Source: Candidatus Firestoneibacteriota bacterium
Lineage (GTDB): Bacteria > Oederibacteriota > D2-FULL-39-29 > CAIOVX01
Assembly (NCBI GenBank): GCA_903861835.1
Contig: CAIOVX010000011.1
Location: 66,122-130,121, forward strand
Length of the DNA: 64,000 nucleotides
Direction: 5' to 3'
The position numbers were made by a program, and so were the translations under genes. This document shows positions 57,765 through 64,000 of this stretch, in pieces. Below the pieces are notes generated by a model. It was given only the letters and a program-made list of their open reading frames with translations. It searched no databases and was not told the DNA's origin. Positions within the stretch are counted from its first letter, which is position 1, and the number at the start of each line of letters is the position of its first letter.

Positions 57765-58898
57765 ATGAAAGAACTTCTGAAGGCATTCGCTAAGGCGGCA
57801 GAGCGCGGCCTGAAAAGGCTTCTGCTGGGCGTGATTTCGCTTTTGTTTAGGCGCAGAGGACGGAGCGCTCCGTTCGGCCCTTACGGAAAAATACTGGTGG
57901 CAATACCGGAAAACTCTCTCGGGGATATGATTTCAAAGACGGCGCTCATTGAGACGCTCAAAGCTTCCTTTCCTGACGCGCTTATTGACGTGCTGGTCTT
58001 GCGGAACTCGAACAGGATGGTGCTTCAGGGCAATACTTCCGTGAACGGGATACTCTACTGTGAAACCGATAACTGGCACAAGGTAGTCTTCAGCCTGAGA
58101 CTGCTTAAACTGGCTCTGAACCTGCGGAAGGAAAAATATGATCTTGCGGTGACGCCGAGCAATGACAACCTCCGCTGCGCGCTTTTCTGCCGCCTTTGCG
58201 GAGCCAAGAGGAGCGCGGGGTTTACGCACAGCGGGGGCAGGCGTAACTATACTGATATCTTCCTTACCGATACCTTTGATGAGAAAGACCTCCATTTTGT
58301 GGAGAAGAACAAAAAACTGGGAGCTTTCGTGGCCGGCAGGTTCGCCGTGGAAAGGCCTCCGGTAATGCCGCTTGCAAAGGAAGAAATAGAGTATGCCGCC
58401 AATTTCTGGAAGGATAAGGGCGTGGAAGAAGGAGCTATTCTGCTCGCAATTCACCCTTTCTACGGGCCTTTTATCGAGAAGGGTTATCCTGCCGAGAAGT
58501 TTGGCGAGGCGTGGAAGCTTATCAAGGAAAAGATACCCGGGATTAAACTGGCGGTATTTTGGGGGCACACGGAACTGCAGGCTATGGATAAGATTAAGGA
58601 ACTCGCAAAGGGAGGCATCCTGATAGATGATGTTGATTTCAGGCGGCTCGCGGCGCTCCTTGCGCGTCCGGATCTTTTCATCTGCTGCAACACCGGTACC
58701 AGCCACCTCGCGAGCCTTTCTGACACCCCCGTGCTTCTGCTTTGTGAAAAGACTCTCGCCTGGCAGTTTGACCCCTGGGGTTCAAAGAATTCGGTGCTGC
58801 GGACTGACACTTTATATTGCTCAAATATAAAGCCTGCCGAGGTTGCCTTAAAGGCGGTTGAAATGCTGCAGAAGTATTCCGCGAAGAAAATTGGCTGA
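57765..58898 (+). CDS. Glycosyltransferase family 9 (heptosyltransferase-like)
   Basis: SLGDMI, LRKEKYDLAV, AIHP, NTGTSHLA, DPWG. Confidence 0.85.
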   Translation: MKELLKAFAKAAERGLKRLLLGVISLLFRRRGRSAPFGPYGKILVAIPENSLGDMISKTALIETLKASFPDALIDVLVLRNSNRMVLQGNTSVNGILYCETDNWHKVVFSLRLLKLALNLRKEKYDLAVTPSNDNLRCALFCRLCGAKRSAGFTHSGGRRNYTDIFLTDTFDEKDLHFVEKNKKLGAFVAGRFAVERPPVMPLAKEEIEYAANFWKDKGVEEGAILLAIHPFYGPFIEKGYPAEKFGEAWKLIKEKIPGIKLAVFWGHTELQAMDKIKELAKGGILIDDVDFRRLAALLARPDLFICCNTGTSHLASLSDTPVLLLCEKTLAWQFDPWGSKNSVLRTDTLYCSNIKPAEVALKAVEMLQKYSAKKIG

Positions 58899-59034
58899 TT
58901 TTTGGCGTGAAAAACGCCTTCATATCTGAATCGCTTGCCGAAAAAATCCTCAAACCTGCAGAAAAACTTTGATGTCTAAACGCGTATTTGCTTAACTACT
59001 CCCCTGATGAAATTTGTTTTTCAAAAGGAGGGGT

Positions 59035-60090
59035 ATGCGTAAAACTGTGTTCAGCGCATTTTTCGTTCTCTGGTATCTCGCGTGCGGAGCGTCGGTGCCG
59101 ATGCTCATTAATTATCCGGGAAAACTCACCAATAAAGACGGAAGCCCAGTCACTGCTTCAAAAAATATTTCGTTCTCTTTCTATGATTCGGAGACGGGCG
59201 GCTCTCAAAAGTGGTCCGGGTCATATCAAGTAGATGTCTCCAAAGGCGTTTTCAATGTTTTGCTGGGCTCCGGTCTTTATCCGTTTGGTTCAACCGTGGA
59301 TTTCTCGCAGGACTACTGGCTTGAAATGAAAGTCGAGGGCGAGACTCTAATCCCGCGTCAGAGAATATCAAGCGTTGTTTATGCCCTCCGTTCCGAATAC
59401 TGCAACAGGGCTGACACGCCGATGGTAATCTCCGGCTGCGGTGATATAGACGAGAATGTATCAGAGAAATGCTACTTTGTGCTTTCAAAGGTTCCAAGAA
59501 GCATCACACTGTACTTGTACGGGGAGAGGTTTAATACTCAATACTATACTGAATTGGCAGCGCATAGTCACAGTGGCAATACAGAAGGAGAGTCGAATGG
59601 ACACACGCATTTAGTCTCTCACGACCATTCATTGATATTTTATAATCCTACAGGGGAAGGTTGCACAGCAGTTCGTGGAGCAGATTTCGCTCCCAGTGCT
59701 TCAAAATCACTTAGAGGTGTGATATCTGCAGAGACACCAATATCCGCAAATGTTAGTGAAGATCATAAACACGCTTACACTACTAGCACCGTAGGTGTGA
59801 GTTCAGGATATTCAATTGGAGCTCAAAGCAAGAGTTACTTGAACGATATGCGTGTTTTCCTGGACGGTATAAATGTTTCAAATGAAGTAACTGGTTCGTT
59901 GCTTAGCAAAACAGCATTATCAAAATTTGGTGATGGCACAAGTTTACATAGCATTAATTCAAGTATTGGGTCAGGTGCAATTGATATGACAGCCTTAATC
60001 TCTTCAATAGGGCAGCATTTTTTGGTATTCAAGCAAGCTGGTGCTAATCAGGGGGGTAGAATTAGATATTACCTCCATGTATTATACTAA
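59035..60090 (+). CDS. Exported protein with HxH-repeat, tail-fibre-like C-terminal part
   Basis: Signal peptide; INYPGKLT...GVFNVLLG...WLEMKV...PRQRISSVVYAL domain; HSH, HTH, HDH, HKH; ATG after AGGAGG (track start 59014). Confidence 0.7.
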   Translation: MRKTVFSAFFVLWYLACGASVPMLINYPGKLTNKDGSPVTASKNISFSFYDSETGGSQKWSGSYQVDVSKGVFNVLLGSGLYPFGSTVDFSQDYWLEMKVEGETLIPRQRISSVVYALRSEYCNRADTPMVISGCGDIDENVSEKCYFVLSKVPRSITLYLYGERFNTQYYTELAAHSHSGNTEGESNGHTHLVSHDHSLIFYNPTGEGCTAVRGADFAPSASKSLRGVISAETPISANVSEDHKHAYTTSTVGVSSGYSIGAQSKSYLNDMRVFLDGINVSNEVTGSLLSKTALSKFGDGTSLHSINSSIGSGAIDMTALISSIGQHFLVFKQAGANQGGRIRYYLHVLY

Positions 60091-60169
60091 TAAATGCAAA
60101 TTAAAAATTCCGACATAGAAACCGCCTAAGCATTATGCATGAGGCAGCTCAATGGCTCCTTGAAACCGC

Positions 60170-60198
60170 TTGACTTTTACAGACTGGATATGTATAAT
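60170..60198 (+). promoter_or_regulatory. Sigma70-type promoter of the pyr operon
   Basis: TTGACT-17 nt-TATAAT. Confidence 0.8.
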
Positions 60199-60204
60199 AC
60201 ATAA

Positions 60205-60240
60205 GACCTTTAAATCCGGTCCTGTGAGACCGAGGAAGGT
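60205..60240 (+). promoter_or_regulatory. PyrR-binding RNA element
   Basis: ACCTTTAA-atc-CGGTCCTGTGAGACCG-agg-AAGGT resembles the PyrR binding loop; upstream of pyrR. Confidence 0.88.
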
Positions 60241-60272
60241 AAAAAATGAAACTGCACAGCAGACATAGTTTT

Positions 60273-60311
60273 AGCCTTAAGACAGGAAACCTGTTTTAAG
60301 GCTTTTTTTTT
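60273..60311 (+). terminator. Attenuator terminator of the pyr leader
   Basis: AGCCTTAAGACAGG-AAA-CCTGTTTTAAGGCT followed by a T run. Confidence 0.88.
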
Positions 60312-60376
60312 AACAAGTGATTACGCAGATTACGAAATGAGATTTCACAGATTAGAGCGAGTTGAGGAGTAGGGCT

Positions 60377-60910
60377 ATGAACGGGAAATCGAAGATACTG
60401 CTTGACGGGCCGGCGATAGAAAAAACAATTGCCAGGCTTGCCCATGAAGTCATAGAGAAGAACGAGCTCGAAGAGGTTGCTTTAATCGGCATCAGAAGCC
60501 GCGGGGATCACATTGCCGCCAGGATTGCAAAAAAAATTGAGGCTATTTCCGGAAGAAAAATATTGGTGGGCGCGATTGATATAACTTTTTACCGCGATGA
60601 TATCGGACTCAAGATACCTAAGTCAGCCCAGCCAACTGATGTTAAATTCCCGATAAACGGCAAAAATATTATACTGGTTGATGATGTCCTTTTCACCGGC
60701 AGGAGCACAAGAGCGGCGATGGACGCGCTCCTTGATTTCGGGCGGCCGAAAAGGATACAGCTGCTGGTCCTTGTTGACAGAGGGCATAAGCAGCTGCCCA
60801 TCCACGCCGATTATGTAGGCAAGAACATTCCCACATCATTGAAGGAAACTGTAGATATAAAAGTGACTGAGGTTGACGGCGAGGACAGCGTTACCATAAG
60901 CGAAAATTAG
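60377..60910 (+). CDS. pyrR: Pyrimidine operon attenuation regulator PyrR
   Basis: DITFYRDD, LVDDVLFTGRSTRAA, LVDRGH..LPIHADYVGK; ATG after GAGGAG (track start 60362). Confidence 0.96.
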   Translation: MNGKSKILLDGPAIEKTIARLAHEVIEKNELEEVALIGIRSRGDHIAARIAKKIEAISGRKILVGAIDITFYRDDIGLKIPKSAQPTDVKFPINGKNIILVDDVLFTGRSTRAAMDALLDFGRPKRIQLLVLVDRGHKQLPIHADYVGKNIPTSLKETVDIKVTEVDGEDSVTISEN

Positions 60911-60937
60911 AAGAGTCCCGCCGCCGGGAGCAAGAGG

Positions 60938-61885
60938 ATGCCATTCAAAAGAAAGCACCTCATAGGCCTTGAAGATCTGACGCCGGAAGAAATTAAGTCA
61001 CTGCTTGACACGGCTGAAGCCTTCAAGAGTATCTCCAACCGCCAGGTAAAAAAAGTGCCGTCCCTCAGAGGGCGTACGGTCGTAAATCTTTTCTTCGAGA
61101 ACTCCACCAGAACGCGGACCTCCTTTGAACTTGCGGCAAAGCGCTTAAGCGCGGATGTTATCAACTTCTCTGTTTCAACAAGCAGTGTTTCAAAAGGTGA
61201 AACTCTTATAGACACGGCACGCACCATTGAGGCTCTTGAGTCCGATATGGTAGTGGTAAGGCATTCCTGTTCCGGGGTCCCCCTACTGCTTTCAAATGTC
61301 CTCAGGTCCTCGATTATAAATGCCGGCGACGGAATGCACGAGCATCCCACCCAGGGACTGCTTGATATGCTGACCATCCGGGACAAAAAGAAAAAAATAG
61401 AAGGTTTGAAGGTGGTTATTTCCGGCGATATAGCGCACAGCAGGGTTGCACGTTCAAATATTTACGGGCTTACAAAGATGGGCGCCAAAGTGACCCTGGT
61501 TGGCCCGCCGACGCTTCTGCCGAAAGATATCGACCGGCTTGATGTAAAGGTTGAAAACGATTTGCGGCATGCGGTAAAAGACGCTGATGTGATCTATATG
61601 CTCCGCATACAGTTGGAAAGGCAGAAAAGAAGCCTTTTCCCTTCTATTCGCGAATACTCAATGTTCTTCGGGCTTGATGAATCTGTCCTCAAGCTTGCAA
61701 AACCTGACGCAATGGTTATGCACCCGGGCCCGATGAATCGCGGGGTGGAAATCTCCCCGGAAGTTGCTGACTGCAAACAGTCTGTAATAAATGATCAGGT
61801 GACCAACGGCATTGCCGCAAGAATGGCGGTGCTCTTTCTTCTCGCGGGAGGTGAGGCCAATGAAATTGCTGCTTACGGGGGGTGA
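60938..61885 (+). CDS. pyrB: Aspartate carbamoyltransferase
   Basis: [29 protein letters not shown]. Confidence 0.97.
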   Translation: MPFKRKHLIGLEDLTPEEIKSLLDTAEAFKSISNRQVKKVPSLRGRTVVNLFFENSTRTRTSFELAAKRLSADVINFSVSTSSVSKGETLIDTARTIEALESDMVVVRHSCSGVPLLLSNVLRSSIINAGDGMHEHPTQGLLDMLTIRDKKKKIEGLKVVISGDIAHSRVARSNIYGLTKMGAKVTLVGPPTLLPKDIDRLDVKVENDLRHAVKDADVIYMLRIQLERQKRSLFPSIREYSMFFGLDESVLKLAKPDAMVMHPGPMNRGVEISPEVADCKQSVINDQVTNGIAARMAVLFLLAGGEANEIAAYGG

Positions 61886-63146
61886 AGTAGTTGACCCGGC
61901 AAATAAAGTCAGAGGAAGGTTTGACCTCCTGATTGAGGATGGAAAGATAACTAAAGTGGGAAAAGATATCAGGGCAGACGGCGCCAAAATATTGGATGTC
62001 TCCGGAAAAATTATTAGTCCCGGCCTCATCGATATGCATGTTCACCTGCGTGAACCCGGTTTCGAGTATAAAGAAACCATAGAAACCGGCACCAGGGCCG
62101 CGCTTGCCGGAGGCGTAACGACTGTCGCCTGCATGCCCAACACGGAGCCGGTGATAGACAACGCCGCCGTGGTTGAACTCGTAATCTCAAAAGCAAAAAG
62201 CGAAGGAGTCATAAATGTTCTGCCAATCGCGAGCATAACCAAAGGCGCGAAAGGAGAGGAAGTCTCTGAGCTCGGCAGTCTGGCCAAGAGCGGAGCCATA
62301 GCTTTCTCCGATGACGCGGCTCCGGTTATGAACGCTGAACTTATGCGCCGCGCGATGGAATACGCGAGCCAGTTTGACCTTCCGGTTATAACCCACTGCG
62401 AAGACAAGAATATGACCTTAGACGGAGTGATGAACGAGAGTTTTACTTCAACTGTGTTGGGCCTTCGCGGCATGCCTGATATCGCGGAAAGCATAATGGC
62501 CTACAGAAATATTGAGATAGCAAATTATACGGGTGCTAAGGTTCATATCGCGCATGTAAGCTGCAAAGCAACCGTGGATGTAATAAGGTGGGCAAAAAAA
62601 ACCGGGCTTAACGTTACCTGTGAGACCGCGCCGCATTACTTTACTCTGACTGATGAAGCGGTTAAGAGTTATGATACAAACACTAAAATGAATCCTCCGC
62701 TCCGTACAAAGGAAGATGTGGAAGCAGTAATAGAGGGTTTGGTTGACGGAACCATAGATTGTATAGCGACAGACCATGCCCCGCACGGAAGAATAGATAA
62801 AGAGGTTGAGTTCAACACAGCTTCTTTCGGTATAATCGGGCTCGAAACCTTGCTGCCTTTGGCAATTACTGAATTAGTAATAACGAAGCGCCTCACCCTT
62901 GAACAGGCCATAGAAAAACTTTCCGTAAGGCCTGCGGCAATACTTGGGATAAAAAAAGGCAGCCTGAAGATCGGAGAGGACGCCGATATTACGGTTTTTG
63001 ATATGGAAAATGAATATGCGGTTGATACTTCGAAATTCTTCTCCAAGAGCAAGAATTCGCCCTTTAACGGCAGAAAACTCAAAGGGGAAATATCCGCCGT
63101 CATAGTCGGCGGAACTCTAAAATTCAAGGATGGTAAGATACTGTGA
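61860..63146 (+). CDS. pyrC: Dihydroorotase
   Basis: [31 protein letters not shown] after GGAGGTG (track start 61812). Confidence 0.96.
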   Translation: MKLLLTGGEVVDPANKVRGRFDLLIEDGKITKVGKDIRADGAKILDVSGKIISPGLIDMHVHLREPGFEYKETIETGTRAALAGGVTTVACMPNTEPVIDNAAVVELVISKAKSEGVINVLPIASITKGAKGEEVSELGSLAKSGAIAFSDDAAPVMNAELMRRAMEYASQFDLPVITHCEDKNMTLDGVMNESFTSTVLGLRGMPDIAESIMAYRNIEIANYTGAKVHIAHVSCKATVDVIRWAKKTGLNVTCETAPHYFTLTDEAVKSYDTNTKMNPPLRTKEDVEAVIEGLVDGTIDCIATDHAPHGRIDKEVEFNTASFGIIGLETLLPLAITELVITKRLTLEQAIEKLSVRPAAILGIKKGSLKIGEDADITVFDMENEYAVDTSKFFSKSKNSPFNGRKLKGEISAVIVGGTLKFKDGKIL

Positions 63147-64000
63147 AAGCAAAGTTGAAAAAAGCATTTCTCGCTCTTGAAGACGGGTTGGTCTTTGAAG
63201 GCACGGCATTCGGCGCTGAGGGTGAATTCTTCGGCGAATCTGTTTTCAATACCAGTATAACCGGATACCAGGAAATATTAACTGACCCCTCATATTGCGG
63301 ACAGATAGTAACCATGACTTACCCTATGATCGGTAACTACGGCATTAACGAAGAGGATATGGAGTCCATAAAGCCCAGGGTAAGCGGTTTCGTTGTTAAA
63401 GAATACAGCAAAATTGTCAGCAACTGGCGCGCGAATATCAGCCTGGGTAAATACTTGGAAAAGAATAATATTATAGGCATTGAAGGCATTGACACCCGCA
63501 TGCTTGTAAAACATTTGCGCACCTTTGGCGCGAAGAAAGCCGTAATTTCCACGGTTGATTTCGACAAGAATAGACTGGTAAAAAAAGCAAAAGACTCGCC
63601 GTCAATCGTAGGCGTTGATATGGTAGAGAAAGTGACCTGCAAAAAGGCTTATACCTGGAACGAACCTCTCTATGATTACGAAAAGGAAGGCAAAGCCGAA
63701 GAGCAGCTGCAGCTTTTTGAAGATCAGCGTAAGAGAAAGAATCACAATGTAGTTGTGTTAGATTGCGGCGCGAAGCACAATATTATGCGTTACCTGGTTT
63801 CTATGGGCTGCAAGGTTACGGTTGTGCCGGCCTTTACCAAGGCAGAAGACATCCTGGCGCTAAATCCTGAGGGTATCATGCTCTCAAACGGTCCCGGTGA
63901 CCCTGAGGCTGTAACCTATGTTGTTGATACGGTGAGGCGGCTTATCGGGAAGAAGCCAATTTTTGGCATCTGTCTCGGGCACCAAATGCTCGGACTGGCT
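63143..64000 (+). CDS. carA: Carbamoyl-phosphate synthase small subunit (3' truncated by window edge)
   Basis: Hand translation LALEDG...FNTSITGYQEILTDPSY...GIDTR...LSNGPGDP...GICLGHQ; absent from the ORF track because there is no stop. Confidence 0.96.
   Translation, partial: MKAKLKKAFLALEDGLVFEGTAFGAEGEFFGESVFNTSITGYQEILTDPSYCGQIVTMTYPMIGNYGINEEDMESIKPRVSGFVVKEYSKIVSNWRANISLGKYLEKNNIIGIEGIDTRMLVKHLRTFGAKKAVISTVDFDKNRLVKKAKDSPSIVGVDMVEKVTCKKAYTWNEPLYDYEKEGKAEEQLQLFEDQRKRKNHNVVVLDCGAKHNIMRYLVSMGCKVTVVPAFTKAEDILALNPEGIMLSNGPGDPEAVTYVVDTVRRLIGKKPIFGICLGHQMLGLA

Overview
Bacterial chromosomal segment, mostly housekeeping, from a probably anaerobic diderm (TolC, heptose enzymes, PPi-PFK, FTR-like reductase); the lineage cannot be fixed from sequence alone. 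In order it carries the 3' part of glyS, fba, ndk, a glutaredoxin/ferredoxin:disulfide reductase pair, pfp, a DEAD-box helicase, a stand-alone nuoJKLMN operon, yicC-gmk-rpoZ-UDG-priA (helicase motifs degenerate), znuACB, hldD, a divergent GH94-like enzyme, tRNA-Arg(ACG) near tadA, three DUF2723/TMEM260-like glycosyltransferase-TPR paralogues around tmRNA, rrf2-metX-metW, a MacAB-TolC-type exporter, and a PyrR-attenuated pyrR-pyrB-pyrC-carA operon. No integrase, transposase or cas gene is visible. The most unusual signals are non-coding. (i) The tmRNA 3' end is repeated twice in tandem, each copy with a ~55-nt tandem-GA hairpin inserted in the T-loop. (ii) Several families of 7-9-bp degenerate tandem repeats sit directly after stop codons in a fixed orientation relative to transcription, and some form paired inverted arms, including one pair around tmRNA and one with three 36-bp units per side. 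All calls come from reading motifs by eye; no searches were run.
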